This document shows, piece after piece, positions 20,454 through 31,337 of a stretch of DNA of 64,000 nt. Made by a program: the position numbers and the translations under genes. Source of the DNA: Candidatus Poribacteria bacterium. GTDB lineage: Bacteria > Poribacteria > WGA-4E > WGA-3G. Each line of letters starts with the position of its first letter. Positions within the stretch are counted from its first letter, which is position 1. The stretch covers positions 2,400,001 to 2,464,000 of the forward strand of contig CBDANF010000003.1 of NCBI GenBank assembly GCA_965197475.1, written 5' to 3'. A model generated the notes under the pieces. The model made no database searches, was not told the DNA's origin, and saw only the letters and a program-made list of their open reading frames with translations.

Positions 20454-21425
20454 ATGCGAATTGATTGCCAAAGCCACATATTCCCAAAAGCCTATATTGA
20501 AATCCTCGCGCAAAACCCACATCCGCCCCAGGTAATTCGCAGCGGCAGTGAGGCGATTGTCACCTATGGTGATGTGCAGACATTTCGGTTACAGGACGAG
20601 GTTTACGACCCGAAACGCAAACTGAAGGACATGGATGAAGCAGGTGTAGACATGGCACTGCTCAGCACTAATATACCGCCCCCGTGCATGCTTTCACCTG
20701 AATTGGGAAACAAGGGCGCGCAAGCGATTAACAACGCTATCGCAGAACTTGTGGATACGTACCCACACCGATTTGCGGGCTTGGCATGCCTTCCGTGGCA
20801 AAATCCTGAAGAAGCGATAACGGAAATGGATCGGGTTAAGAGAATGGGGTTTCGCGGGATAATGCTCTATTCACATATCGGAGGCAAACCTGTTGATGCA
20901 CCACACTTTGAACCTGTTTACACGTATGCCGAATCACTGGGGATGCCGATTGTCATGCATCCCACGGTTCCAACGTGGGGTGAGGCAATCAAAGATCACT
21001 GGATGATTGGGATGATGGGATTTCAGGTAGATAATAGTTTTGCGTTGTTACGATTGATTTTAAGTGGTATACTTGAACGCCACCCAAACTTACAACTTGT
21101 GATGCCGCACGTCGGAGGCATTTTGCCCTATATGAGTGGTCGTATAGACCATCAAACCGAAGTGTTGGGCAGAGCAAGAGAACACATCACACAACCACCG
21201 AGTGCGTATCTACGACGTATCTATTTGGATACTGTGTCGCCATCACTACAGGCACTGCGATACGCATACGAGTTTGTTGGCGAGCATCGTCTGCTATTTG
21301 GGACAGACCACCCGTGGGTTGATATGCCCCGGTTTGTTCGTTTAATCGAAAAGATGGATATTCCCGATACCGCCCGTTCGCGCATCTTTGGAGAAAACGC
21401 TGTAACACTTTTTGGTTTAAAATGA
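20454..21425 (+). CDS. Amidohydrolase_2 family protein (ACMSD-like)
   Basis: IDCQSH, MHP, PHVGG, YLDT, LLFGTDHPW, ENA motifs. Confidence 0.9.
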   Translation: MRIDCQSHIFPKAYIEILAQNPHPPQVIRSGSEAIVTYGDVQTFRLQDEVYDPKRKLKDMDEAGVDMALLSTNIPPPCMLSPELGNKGAQAINNAIAELVDTYPHRFAGLACLPWQNPEEAITEMDRVKRMGFRGIMLYSHIGGKPVDAPHFEPVYTYAESLGMPIVMHPTVPTWGEAIKDHWMIGMMGFQVDNSFALLRLILSGILERHPNLQLVMPHVGGILPYMSGRIDHQTEVLGRAREHITQPPSAYLRRIYLDTVSPSLQALRYAYEFVGEHRLLFGTDHPWVDMPRFVRLIEKMDIPDTARSRIFGENAVTLFGLK

Positions 21426-21474
21426 AAAGAGAATAGGAAACATCACCATTACTACAAAACAAGGACGTTAATAT

Positions 21475-22353
21475 ATGCGTTTAACTCAATCTGAAGTTTC
21501 GTTTTTCCACAACAACGGGTATCTGCTGCTTGAAAATGTACTGGATGAGAATGACCTTGGTCCTGTGATTACGGAGTACTCAGGTATTATCGCTGAACGC
21601 GCGGAAAAATTGCACAAGGAAGGAAAGGTTACCTCAACCTACCCCGATAAGTCGTTCACGGAGCGGTTGTTTCATCTCGCTGCTGAGGCACCAGAGGTGA
21701 CCGCAAACTTGGACATTATGCGTGCGCGAGGTGAAGCGACATTTAATTTTCTCAAAAACCCTAAAATCCTTGATCTTGCTGAATCTTTTGTCGGTTCTGA
21801 GATTGTGTGCAATCCTATCCAACATATCCGCGCGGTCCTGCCGAAACAGAGTTCAGAGCGCGAACCGACACCGTGGCATCAGGACGCAGGTGTCTGTTGG
21901 CCCGATACAGACCCTTACTTTATGCTAACCATCTGGATACCGATTGTGGATGCGACTTTGGAAAACGGATGCTTACAAGTGCTTCCGGGCAGCCATAAGA
22001 TGGGACTGTTTACACATGATTGGGGTGAGGCGGGATTGTTGGTTCCACCTAAACATCAGCCACCGAATCTTACACCGAAAGTGTTACCGATACAGGCAGG
22101 CGGTGTTATCCTGTTCCACAATTACACGCTCCACAGCGCAAAATCGAATGAATCCGAGACCGTTCGGTGGAGTTTTGATCTGCGATATCACGATGTTTAT
22201 CAGCCAACAGGAAGACCCTACTATCCTGCGTTTTTGATGCGGAGCCGTTTACGTCCAGAAGCGTGCCAAACCGATTATGAAACGTGGTGTAAACGGTGGG
22301 AATTTGCGTTGGAAAACTCCAGAGGTGTGCAGGCATACCGGTGGCCGTGGTAG
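21475..22353 (+). CDS. PhyH-family 2OG-Fe(II) dioxygenase
   Basis: TPWHQD, ENGCLQVLPGSH, TLHSA, RWSFDLRY. Confidence 0.92.
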   Translation: MRLTQSEVSFFHNNGYLLLENVLDENDLGPVITEYSGIIAERAEKLHKEGKVTSTYPDKSFTERLFHLAAEAPEVTANLDIMRARGEATFNFLKNPKILDLAESFVGSEIVCNPIQHIRAVLPKQSSEREPTPWHQDAGVCWPDTDPYFMLTIWIPIVDATLENGCLQVLPGSHKMGLFTHDWGEAGLLVPPKHQPPNLTPKVLPIQAGGVILFHNYTLHSAKSNESETVRWSFDLRYHDVYQPTGRPYYPAFLMRSRLRPEACQTDYETWCKRWEFALENSRGVQAYRWPW

Positions 22354-22368
22354 AAACGAGGAGAAAAC

Positions 22369-22788
22369 GTGCTTGAGATTTCAGATTTGCCAACTATCAA
22401 TGCAACCTTAAATACGATAAGTGCTATCTTGTTGACAGTAGGATATGTCCTAATTCGGCAGCGGAAAATTGCGGCACACAAAAAATGTATGCTTGCGGCA
22501 TTCACTGTGTCTGTGCTTTTCCTTATCTGCTATGTTTTTTATCACGCTAACGCTGGGTCAAAATCTTTTACACAGCAGGGATGGATACGTCCTGTCTATT
22601 TTACAATTCTGATTTCGCACATAATTTTGGCGTTTGCGATAGTGCCGTTGGCGTTACGCACCCTCTACTTGGCATGGCGTGAAAAGTTTGACAAACACCG
22701 CCGCATCGCAAAAATCACACTTCCGATCTGGCTATATGTGTCCGTAACAGGTGTGATTATCTATCTGATGCTGTATCAGATGGGGTAA
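22369..22788 (+). CDS. DUF420 membrane protein
   Basis: LPTINATLN, HKKCML, FLICY, HRRIAK, WLYVSVTG; four TM helices. Confidence 0.9.
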   Translation: MLEISDLPTINATLNTISAILLTVGYVLIRQRKIAAHKKCMLAAFTVSVLFLICYVFYHANAGSKSFTQQGWIRPVYFTILISHIILAFAIVPLALRTLYLAWREKFDKHRRIAKITLPIWLYVSVTGVIIYLMLYQMG

Positions 22789-22803
22789 AAAGGAGATTTA
22801 CTT

Positions 22804-24951
22804 ATGAGAGCAACACGCGTTTTTATTTTTACAATTCTGTTTTTCAGCGTGCTTTTTCTTCCACAGACCTTCGCGGACGACTACACACGGTGGGAATTGC
22901 CTGAAGGGGCGCAGTCAAGGCTTGGCAAGGGAAAAATCAAAAACATTGTAGGGAGATTTCCATATCAGTTCTCACCGGATAATAGTCAACTTGTTGTATT
23001 CAGTTCAATAGGAATTTGGGTATACGATGCCCAAACAGGAAAAGAGCTTACATTAACTACAAAATACATGGAAAAAGGATATGACAACGTTGTTCTTAGT
23101 CCTGACTGTAAGACATTCGCTGATGTCAGTAATAGAGCCGAACGTCACGAGATTGAGTTATGGGATTTACAGACAAGTAAACTTAGAACTACCTTTGATA
23201 ATCATGCTGCGACGGTCAATTCTGTTGCGTTTCATCCAGGTGGACAGATGCTTGCGAGTGGTGATTCAGAGGGGGTGATTCGGTTATGGAACATTGAGAC
23301 AGAAGATAGTAGACCACTTCTGAAGCTAAATATAGCTGTTGGCGTGGTAACGTTCAGTCCTGATGGGCGGATAATTATGAATTGGAACAGAGAAGGTGTT
23401 TGGTTATGGGACACCCAAACTGGAAAACTCATAACGAAATTAGATGATACAGAAGATATTATTCGCATTTCCTTTGGTCCCAATAGAAAATTTTTCGTAG
23501 GTGAAAGTAATAAAGAGATTAGAATATGGGATACTGAAAACGGGAAAATCAAAATTAAATTAGAGCAGCCCGGATTGATAAAAAAGTTCACATTATCACC
23601 CGACGGTACAACTATCGCGAACGTTACTGGAAACACTTCTACGGTTAAGTTATGGGATGTCCACACAGGAAAACTGAAAAATACGTTCACAGGAGATTAT
23701 GCAACCAAGCGCGTTGAATCTATAACATTCAGTCCTGATGGGCGGACTATAGCAGTTGCGAGCTATGGTGAGATTCGATTGTGGGATATAAACTCAGGAA
23801 TTCATAAGGCTACACTAAAAGGACCAGGATTTTTCCATCACCTTATGTTCAGTCCTGATGGACGTACCCTTGCTGCGTATAGCTATCCCTCGCGAAGTGA
23901 AGTCGGTATCTATTTATGGGAGATAAACGCAACAAATCTTCAAAAATCCACAGTCCGACACGTTATCACAGGACACAAACTTGAGGTAAATTCAATCGCG
24001 TTCAGTCCTGATGGACAATCAATCGCGAGTGGACATAGACACAAAAACATCAGATTGTGGGATGTTTCGACTGGAGAACTCAAAAAGATATTTAAAGGAC
24101 ATCCCTCTCCATTATGGTATCCAGCGATCGCGTTTTCTCCAAATGGAAAAACACTTGCCAGTTTGAGCAACATAACTCTGGATAAGGACGAAATCTTTCT
24201 GTGGGATGTAGGTAAGGGTGAATATATAACTACTCTCGGAAGACATGGTAAAGCTCTTGGTAACAGCTATGCTTTTCGCCCAAGCGGACTTGCTTTCAGT
24301 CCGGATGGAAAGTTACTTGCCAGTGGAAGTTTGGATGGAACGATTCGGTTCTGGAATGCCAACGCCGCAGTAAGCGATTCGCTATTTCATAATCTATGGG
24401 GCGGAATTTTTGGCTACAAGAAAGGTACTATAAAGAGGTATAAAGATTACGTACTCTCTGTTGCATTTAGTCCAGATGGACGCACCCTCGCAAGCGGAAG
24501 TGCTGACAAAACTATCAGACTGTGGAATGCGCGGAATCGGAAACAGAAAGCGATCTTAACAAAAGAAGGTATGGGCAGCGTAAACTGTGTTACTTTTAGT
24601 CCAGATGGACATACCTTAGCAAATGGAGATAGCAGAGGAAGGATTTTCCTATGGGATCCTATCACTATGAAACATAAAGCTACTCTCGAAAACGATTCAC
24701 ATGTCATTTGTGATATTTTTTCCATCTCGTTTAGCCCTGATAGTAGTACACTTGCATGCGGAAGTATTGCCCGCTCAGAAGAAATTAAAAAAAATGTAGT
24801 TTTTCTATGGGATATAAAAACGCGTGAACTTAAAACAACACTCATAGGACATACTGAGTATGTCATTTCTGTTACATTTAGTCCTGATGGACGCACCCTT
24901 GCAAGTGGAAGTTCAGATGGGACGGTGCTCATCTGGGAACTGGAGCAGTAA
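22804..24951 (+). CDS. Secreted WD40 repeat protein
   Basis: Signal peptide TFA-DDYTRWELPEGA; WD40 repeats. Confidence 0.92.
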   Translation: MRATRVFIFTILFFSVLFLPQTFADDYTRWELPEGAQSRLGKGKIKNIVGRFPYQFSPDNSQLVVFSSIGIWVYDAQTGKELTLTTKYMEKGYDNVVLSPDCKTFADVSNRAERHEIELWDLQTSKLRTTFDNHAATVNSVAFHPGGQMLASGDSEGVIRLWNIETEDSRPLLKLNIAVGVVTFSPDGRIIMNWNREGVWLWDTQTGKLITKLDDTEDIIRISFGPNRKFFVGESNKEIRIWDTENGKIKIKLEQPGLIKKFTLSPDGTTIANVTGNTSTVKLWDVHTGKLKNTFTGDYATKRVESITFSPDGRTIAVASYGEIRLWDINSGIHKATLKGPGFFHHLMFSPDGRTLAAYSYPSRSEVGIYLWEINATNLQKSTVRHVITGHKLEVNSIAFSPDGQSIASGHRHKNIRLWDVSTGELKKIFKGHPSPLWYPAIAFSPNGKTLASLSNITLDKDEIFLWDVGKGEYITTLGRHGKALGNSYAFRPSGLAFSPDGKLLASGSLDGTIRFWNANAAVSDSLFHNLWGGIFGYKKGTIKRYKDYVLSVAFSPDGRTLASGSADKTIRLWNARNRKQKAILTKEGMGSVNCVTFSPDGHTLANGDSRGRIFLWDPITMKHKATLENDSHVICDIFSISFSPDSSTLACGSIARSEEIKKNVVFLWDIKTRELKTTLIGHTEYVISVTFSPDGRTLASGSSDGTVLIWELEQ

Positions 24952-24973
24952 TTTCACAAGGAGAATTCAACCC

Positions 24974-27148
24974 ATGAAAAAGATATGGATTTTTATTCTA
25001 ACACTGTTTTTCATCAATATAATTATTTTTTCCTCCACTTTCGCGGATGACTACACTCGATGGGAATTGCCGGAAGGAGCAAAATTAAGGCTTGGAAAGG
25101 GGCAGATTAGGAATGTTGCAAGAAAACCCTCATTTCAGTTCTCGCCCGACAGTAGCCAATTCATGGTGTTCAGTTCTATAGGAATTTGGGTATACGATGC
25201 CCAAACCGGGGAAGCACTAAGGTTATTAACAGGAAACAAGGAAGGAAGTCCTGACGACATAATCATTAGCCCTGATTGGAGCACATTCGCAAGTCCGATA
25301 GATAATTGGAATAATCCTGGGATTCAATTATGGGATTTTCACACCGGCCAACTTCAAACCACTTTTGAAGGTCATGTAAGAGGGGTAACATCCATCGCGT
25401 TTAGCCCCAATGGAGAGATGCTCGTAAGTGGTGATTTTGAGGGTGTAATGCGATTATGGGATATTGGCAGTGGACAACACAAACGTATTCCAACACCACA
25501 TAATATTGTGAGTGATGTCGTATTCAGTCCTGACGGGCGAACGATTATGAGTTGGCGGAGTGGGGATTATCGGTTGTGGGATGTGAAAACCGGAAAAATA
25601 AAAGCAAAGTTGGAGGGCACAGATGGAATTAGAAAGATCGATTTTAGTCCCGATGGGCAACTACTTGTTGGTGCTAATGACTGGGAGATTCGATTGTGGA
25701 ATGCTGACACAGGTAAAATCAAAATGAGATTCAAAGTCAAAAAGCCGCGTTGGAGAACAATATTAGCATTTACACCCGATGGAAAGACTCTTGCCAGTGT
25801 TGGTGTGAACAACGATAAGGTTCGACTATGGGACCTACACGCTGGACAACTCAATAAAACGCTCACAGGAAAACCTAAGCATGTTAAAAAGATACAAGTT
25901 GAAGAAAACAGTGTAATATTCTTTGAACTCTCTGGAAGGCGTGTTGATTCTATGGCGTTTAGTCCTGATGGACAAACACTTGCGGTCTCAAGTCGTAGCG
26001 AAATCCAGTTGTGGGATACAGTTACTGGAATACATAAGGTGACGCTCAAAGGACAAGGATCTTTCAATCGTCTTGTGTTCAGTCCCGATGGACGCACCCT
26101 TGCTGCAAAAGGGGAGGTTTGGCGGAATGAGTCCGGCATCTTTTTGCTGAATATAGACACCACAGATGTTCAAAAATGCGGTATTCGGTACTTCTTACCG
26201 GCGCACAGACCGGAAGTAAATTCTGTAGCGTTCAGCCCAGATGGACAGACACTTGCCAGTGGGTATAAGCGCGAAAACATAAGACTGTGGGATGTTTCCA
26301 CTGGAAAACTCAAACAGGTTTTCAAAGGACATTCATATCCGTTATGGGTTCAGTCTGTTGCCTTTTTTCCAAACGGGAAAACACTCGCGAGTTTGAGTAT
26401 ACAGAGTTCATCTTCAAAAGCCGAGATTCTTTTATGGGATGTGGCTACAGGAAAATACCAGGTGACCTATAAAGGTCACGGCAAGATGATCGGCAACAGT
26501 TTATCCAGTCATACAAACAGCATCGCTTTTAGCTCAGATGGTAAAACGCTGGTGAGTGGGAGTTTGGATGGGACGGTTCGGTTATGGAATATCAAAACTA
26601 CAATGAGCGACTCACCTATAGAAAAATTACAAGGAGTTTTCTCTGGTTACCGAAAAGGAACTCTAAAAGGGCATACAGACCAAGTGCTTTCTGTCGCCTT
26701 AAGTCCTGATGGAGATACTATTGCAAGTGCATGTTTGGACAAAACCATTCGGTTATGGGATATGCACACTCAAGAACTAAAAGCGATTCTTGATAAACAT
26801 CCAGCAGGTGTTGAAAGTGTTACTTTCAGTCATGACGGGCAAACTATAGCAAGTTGTGATGTGAACGGAACAATCTTTTTATGGAATCCCATCACCTACG
26901 ACCGTACGACTATCCTTTTATTGAGTGACAATCCCAATCGTACTACTACTTCACTTGCGTTTAGTCCTGATGATAATTATCTCGCAAGTGCAATTGGAAG
27001 AAATATTTTTATCTGGGATATGAACACACACCAACTTAAAAAGACACTCACAGAACATAGAGGGTCTGTCTATTCGGTTAAGTTCAGTCCTGATGGCACC
27101 TTGCTTGCGAGTGGCGGATCGGACGGGACGGTTCTTATCTGGGGATAA
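24974..27148 (+). CDS. Secreted WD40 repeat protein, tandem paralogue of 22804
   Basis: ATG 24974 with AAGGAG RBS; same N-cap and collinear repeats. Confidence 0.92.
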   Translation: MKKIWIFILTLFFINIIIFSSTFADDYTRWELPEGAKLRLGKGQIRNVARKPSFQFSPDSSQFMVFSSIGIWVYDAQTGEALRLLTGNKEGSPDDIIISPDWSTFASPIDNWNNPGIQLWDFHTGQLQTTFEGHVRGVTSIAFSPNGEMLVSGDFEGVMRLWDIGSGQHKRIPTPHNIVSDVVFSPDGRTIMSWRSGDYRLWDVKTGKIKAKLEGTDGIRKIDFSPDGQLLVGANDWEIRLWNADTGKIKMRFKVKKPRWRTILAFTPDGKTLASVGVNNDKVRLWDLHAGQLNKTLTGKPKHVKKIQVEENSVIFFELSGRRVDSMAFSPDGQTLAVSSRSEIQLWDTVTGIHKVTLKGQGSFNRLVFSPDGRTLAAKGEVWRNESGIFLLNIDTTDVQKCGIRYFLPAHRPEVNSVAFSPDGQTLASGYKRENIRLWDVSTGKLKQVFKGHSYPLWVQSVAFFPNGKTLASLSIQSSSSKAEILLWDVATGKYQVTYKGHGKMIGNSLSSHTNSIAFSSDGKTLVSGSLDGTVRLWNIKTTMSDSPIEKLQGVFSGYRKGTLKGHTDQVLSVALSPDGDTIASACLDKTIRLWDMHTQELKAILDKHPAGVESVTFSHDGQTIASCDVNGTIFLWNPITYDRTTILLLSDNPNRTTTSLAFSPDDNYLASAIGRNIFIWDMNTHQLKKTLTEHRGSVYSVKFSPDGTLLASGGSDGTVLIWG

Positions 27149-27214
27149 AACCGTAGAGAATACAATAAAAAACCGCCTCTACAAAGGAGTGGTTATGTGT
27201 ATTGATCTGTCTCT

Positions 27215-28111
27215 CTATGTTGAATAAGGACGGAAACCTCGTACCATCAAACCACGATCACTATTGGATTTCTTTGCTTCTTCTGCTGCCGCTGCACGTT
27301 TCTCTGCCTCTGCTCGATTTGCTGTGGTCGTTCCCCCAATTATCACATAGTCATCTGTCCGACGGTAACGATTGATAAAAACCGGGCGCGGTTTGCCTGA
27401 CATATTCTGTTTGGAACCGTGTACCGTCTTGACATTAAAGAAGATTGAATCACCTGCTTTACCTGAAACGGGGAGCGCGCTTTCCCAGGGCCACTTATCC
27501 TCTTCTAAACCGAGGTGCGAAAAAGTGTCAATATGCTTGAGTTGTCCAAGGCGATGCGAACCCGGCACGACGTGTAATGCACCGTTCACAAGGTCAGTGT
27601 CTACAACGTAGTTCAAAGTACCGACAGGTCCCTGATAGCGATGTTCAAAGTAAGCAGAGTCTTGATGTAGGTGCTTCGGATGTCCGCCTACCGGCTCTTT
27701 ATAGAGACACTGTCCATTGCCAAAAATCTCAACATTCGGACCCAATATCGCCTCTACGATTTTGACTGCATTTTCATCGAAAGCGGAGTGGAAAAACGCG
27801 GCACTCGTCTGATAGTTCACCGCCAACACCATGATCTGCTTATCCCGTTCGTAGCCTTGTGGTGATGGCAGGAAAAGCATTCCATTTGGTGTGCGCCACC
27901 CTTCAACGATCTGTTGTGCCTCGTCAAGGAGTACTATAGATTCTGCTGCTGCAGCCTCAATATCCTGATGAATTGCCTCAATGTAGGGGTTCATCAGACC
28001 GCGCACGACAAGACATCCATGTTCCTCGAAAATGCTCGCGGCTTTTTCAACATCTAAAGCATCAACCGACACTTCAATATCTTCAACTGTTACTTTATGT
28101 TCCTGATTCAC
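27215..28111 (-). CDS. PhyH-family dioxygenase
   Basis: LHQDSAYF, NGALHVVPGSH, TVHGS, RPVFINRY. Confidence 0.9.
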   Translation of the reverse strand: MNQEHKVTVEDIEVSVDALDVEKAASIFEEHGCLVVRGLMNPYIEAIHQDIEAAAAESIVLLDEAQQIVEGWRTPNGMLFLPSPQGYERDKQIMVLAVNYQTSAAFFHSAFDENAVKIVEAILGPNVEIFGNGQCLYKEPVGGHPKHLHQDSAYFEHRYQGPVGTLNYVVDTDLVNGALHVVPGSHRLGQLKHIDTFSHLGLEEDKWPWESALPVSGKAGDSIFFNVKTVHGSKQNMSGKPRPVFINRYRRTDDYVIIGGTTTANRAEAEKRAAAAEEAKKSNSDRGLMVRGFRPYST

Positions 28112-28319
28112 GAAATTTACTCCTTGGAAGTCGTATCATAATAATATGTGGGGACAAAGTCATTCCCCACAACAGCATGCGTTTTCAATAAAAAGTGAAA
28201 GTTACTAACCTGATATTTCTTACAATCGTGCAGAACCTAATAATCAACACAAAGCAGGCATAACGCCATGAAAATGCGTTTTCGTTTGAAGATTTTGCTT
28301 GACATTTAGCGCATGGATA

Positions 28320-28438
28320 CAAAGCCATTCAATTCTCTTGTACTTTCACTTCCTATTCAAAGCATCTCTTCTGTAGGAGTGACCTCCTGGTCGCGACCCT
28401 TTAAGAATGCAGAGAAAACTTGAAACTGAATACCTCTG
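28320..28438. mobile_element. ISAs1-type MITE
   Basis: Left end caaagccattcaattctc matches the TIR at 58857 (16/18); degenerate right end ...ctgaatacctctg; flanks gcatggata / gcatgagata (about 10-bp duplication with one indel); internal GTAG REP-like motif. Confidence 0.7.
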
Positions 28439-28500
28439 GCATGAGATACCATCCTAATTGACAATAAATCTACCCTAATTGAAGATTAGGAGGACCTCTC

Positions 28501-28707
28501 ATGCAACAGCAGCTTATCAGATGTGTCAAGTTTTTTCAACTACTTCTTTATTCAAACTTTCGGCAACTGCGACCGAAATTGGTTTGGAACCTTACTTTTG
28601 CTTTCAACCGGGCATCTGTTCGTCTCTATAACCCGAATCAAGTGGCAGGTGCGTTGGCAATCCCAAAAGCGAACCTTTACCGACATCTGAAATCTGATAT
28701 CTATTGA
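28501..28707 (+). other. Small ORF ending in a Fis/NtrC-type HTH-like segment (possible regulator relic)
   Basis: AGGAGG RBS; C-terminus NQVAGALAIPKANLYRHLK resembles HTH_8. Confidence 0.4.
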
Positions 28708-28837
28708 CATCAGGGTGATTTTGAGAAATATCAGTTAATTATGTCTTTTCCATGTATTCAACTGTCCAGTTTCTGGACAGTGTTGACCAAATTGTGACCA
28801 AATTTGGTTGAAAAACGCTGAATTTTACTGGTTTTTG

Positions 28838-28854
28838 TTGGCATACAATTTGCG
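28838..28854 (+). promoter_or_regulatory. Sigma54 -24/-12 promoter of the TonB receptor gene
   Basis: TTGGCATACAATTTGC (GG-N10-GC); upstream palindromes at 28694-28713 and 28761-28781 as candidate activator sites. Confidence 0.75.
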
Positions 28855-28949
28855 TATAAGATAACATGCAGGTTGCAGATGAGTGTCTGCTAAACAAATA
28901 TGACAACCGCAAGACATGCCGAAAAGACAAATTCAAAAGGAACATGACA

Positions 28950-31298
28950 ATGCAAAAAGCAATTTATCTATTTTTAGTAATAAGTTTCGGTTTATTAGTA
29001 AGTTGGATGCCAAGTGTGTGTGCGGATGGCCATACTGACTGTGAGGTTATGAGTTGTGGTGAGATCGTGGAACTGCCAGAGGTAACAGTGACCGCCACAC
29101 GTGCCGAAAAAGACCCATTTAAAACACCAAGCTCTATTACTGTTCTTAATCTAAAACAACTTGAACGGAGCAACGCAGATATCGCGTCTAATCTACTACG
29201 GGATGTCGTTGGCGTTATAGCACAACAGACGACAGTCGGACAAGGTTCGCCGATGCTCAGAAGTCTAACTGGCTATCAGACGTTGGTACAAGTCGATTGG
29301 GTCCGCCTTAATAACTCAACATTTCGCTCAGGACCGAATCAGTACACAGCAACCATTGTGCCAGAAAACCTCTACCGAGCAGAGGTGCTACTCGGATCAA
29401 GTTCTATGTTGTATGGTAGCGGCGCGATGGGGGGCGTTGTCAGTTTCTTTACGAAACCGATACTGCTCAATCCATCACAGGAAACCTGGGAGGTACACCC
29501 ACGACTCTTTGCCCGCTACACGACTGCCACACAAGAACGACTCGGTAGATTAGAGGTAACAGGGAGCCAAGGGCAATTTGGATTCAGTGTTGGGGGCGGC
29601 GTGCGATACTACGGTGACATAAACCCCGGCAGCGGGTACGATCTGCATAATAAAAATCGGAAGTTTGAAATTGTCAACGAAATACCAAGCGGCGTGGAAC
29701 TTTATGACTATAATAAAGTGCGTGAGTTGTCAAGAGAAAGTATCCCTGATAAATGGCTCATTGACAACGAGGGACCTTTGGGTTGGACCGCCTTTGATGG
29801 TGATGCAAAAATTGCGTATCAACTCAACGACACAAGTACTATCAATGTTGCATACCAGATGTGGCGGCAGCCGCAAACACCGCGCTATGATAAAATCGCA
29901 CCACAAGAGTTTGATGAATTCTTTTTTGAGCCGCAAAATCGGGACCTCGTCTATGTTGACTATCAAACAAATCCTGAGAGCAGCATTGACCTATTCCGTC
30001 TGACCGCTTCCTATCACCGCCAAAATGAGGGACGCAACGAGGTGAAGCGTGATGCGACTTCTCGAAGGCAACGATATGATACGGTTAACACCATCGGTTT
30101 AAGTACACAAGCAGTCAGTTCTGTCCTTCCTCGACAACGCATCGTCGGAGGGGGTGAATTCTACTTAGATATGTTGCAGAGTCGGACTGTCAAAACTGAT
30201 CTTGAGACAGGCAAAGAAGATGTTGACGAAAACCTTGGACGTTTCATCAACGGTTCGCAGTTTTGGGATGCGAGTCTATACCTTCAAGATGAAATTACGG
30301 TGCACGAACGACTTGAATTGACCCTCGGTGGTCGTGCAACGCTTTATCAAACCAATGCTGACCTTTCCATCCGGGATGAGACTTTTGATGAATTTAATGA
30401 ATTCGACAGCAGTTTGACAGGAAGTGCTGGGGTAGTTATCGGTTTGACAGACTCGCTGAACTTTGTTGGTAGTATTGCCACAGCGTTTCGCGCCCCTTCG
30501 TTGAATGATACTACAGCAGTGGAAGTTACAAATGAGGGTGTTACGGCACCGAGTCCAAACCTTGAAGCGGAGACTTCATGGACAGTTGAGGGCGGTCTCA
30601 AGATGAAACATACCTACTTCCGTGGTGCGGTTACATTATTCCACAGCCGGGTCAACGGTTTAGTTACGCGCAGACCTGTCCAAGAGGCGTATGAAGATGG
30701 TGAAATCCCTCAACTCCATCAAGACCTTATTAAAGAATATGAGGGAATTGACGTGCTCGTGTTTGACAACGTTGATGAAGCACAGCTTCAAGGGGTTGAA
30801 GTAGCAGGTTTAGTTCCGATTGATCCTGCTTGGTCAGTTTACGGAAATGCAGCGTTGCTGCGCGGGGAAGTCTTGTTGATTAACGGTGTAGCCCCTGATC
30901 CGGATAAGCCTTGGGAGGCACGCACTCGTAGAGAACCGCCTTTGAACGGAATCGTTGGAATCCAGTGGGAACCGGCAAATACGCAGTTTTGGGCAAGTCT
31001 GTTTGTGCGGGGTGCTGCTGAACAGAGGCGTTTGAATCGGAGCGACATCCGCGACCCGCGGATACCGGGGAAAACGCGTGATCCAGCGGAAGTTGAATTT
31101 GACTCTAACGGCAATGCAGTAGATGCTGGTACGCCAGGGTGGTGGACACTTAATGTGCGGGGTGGTGTCAAACTGTTTGAATACACGCGTTTGACGTTAT
31201 CACTTGAAAACCTGCTTGATCGTCGCTATCGACCACACGGGTCAGGCGTGAATTCACCGGGCTTTAATGTGAGTTTGAGTTTAGATAATCGGTTTTAA
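28950..31298 (+). CDS. TonB-dependent receptor
   Basis: Signal peptide, TonB box EVTVTATR, plug region (RLNNSTFRSG, LYGSGAMGGVV), AFRAPSL, ENLLDRRY, terminal F. Start at 28944 or 28950. Confidence 0.93.
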   Translation: MQKAIYLFLVISFGLLVSWMPSVCADGHTDCEVMSCGEIVELPEVTVTATRAEKDPFKTPSSITVLNLKQLERSNADIASNLLRDVVGVIAQQTTVGQGSPMLRSLTGYQTLVQVDWVRLNNSTFRSGPNQYTATIVPENLYRAEVLLGSSSMLYGSGAMGGVVSFFTKPILLNPSQETWEVHPRLFARYTTATQERLGRLEVTGSQGQFGFSVGGGVRYYGDINPGSGYDLHNKNRKFEIVNEIPSGVELYDYNKVRELSRESIPDKWLIDNEGPLGWTAFDGDAKIAYQLNDTSTINVAYQMWRQPQTPRYDKIAPQEFDEFFFEPQNRDLVYVDYQTNPESSIDLFRLTASYHRQNEGRNEVKRDATSRRQRYDTVNTIGLSTQAVSSVLPRQRIVGGGEFYLDMLQSRTVKTDLETGKEDVDENLGRFINGSQFWDASLYLQDEITVHERLELTLGGRATLYQTNADLSIRDETFDEFNEFDSSLTGSAGVVIGLTDSLNFVGSIATAFRAPSLNDTTAVEVTNEGVTAPSPNLEAETSWTVEGGLKMKHTYFRGAVTLFHSRVNGLVTRRPVQEAYEDGEIPQLHQDLIKEYEGIDVLVFDNVDEAQLQGVEVAGLVPIDPAWSVYGNAALLRGEVLLINGVAPDPDKPWEARTRREPPLNGIVGIQWEPANTQFWASLFVRGAAEQRRLNRSDIRDPRIPGKTRDPAEVEFDSNGNAVDAGTPGWWTLNVRGGVKLFEYTRLTLSLENLLDRRYRPHGSGVNSPGFNVSLSLDNRF

Positions 31299-31337
31299 AG
31301 TCTATATTGGCAGGCGCGGTTAAAACCCGTCTGCAAA

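Noticed and set aside
28555-28690. c-di-GMP-I-like riboswitch on the minus strand (cggtaaa...cagttgccgaa)
   Set aside because: No GNRA-capped P2 or GACGCAAA core; the region is better explained by the plus-strand HTH-like ORF.
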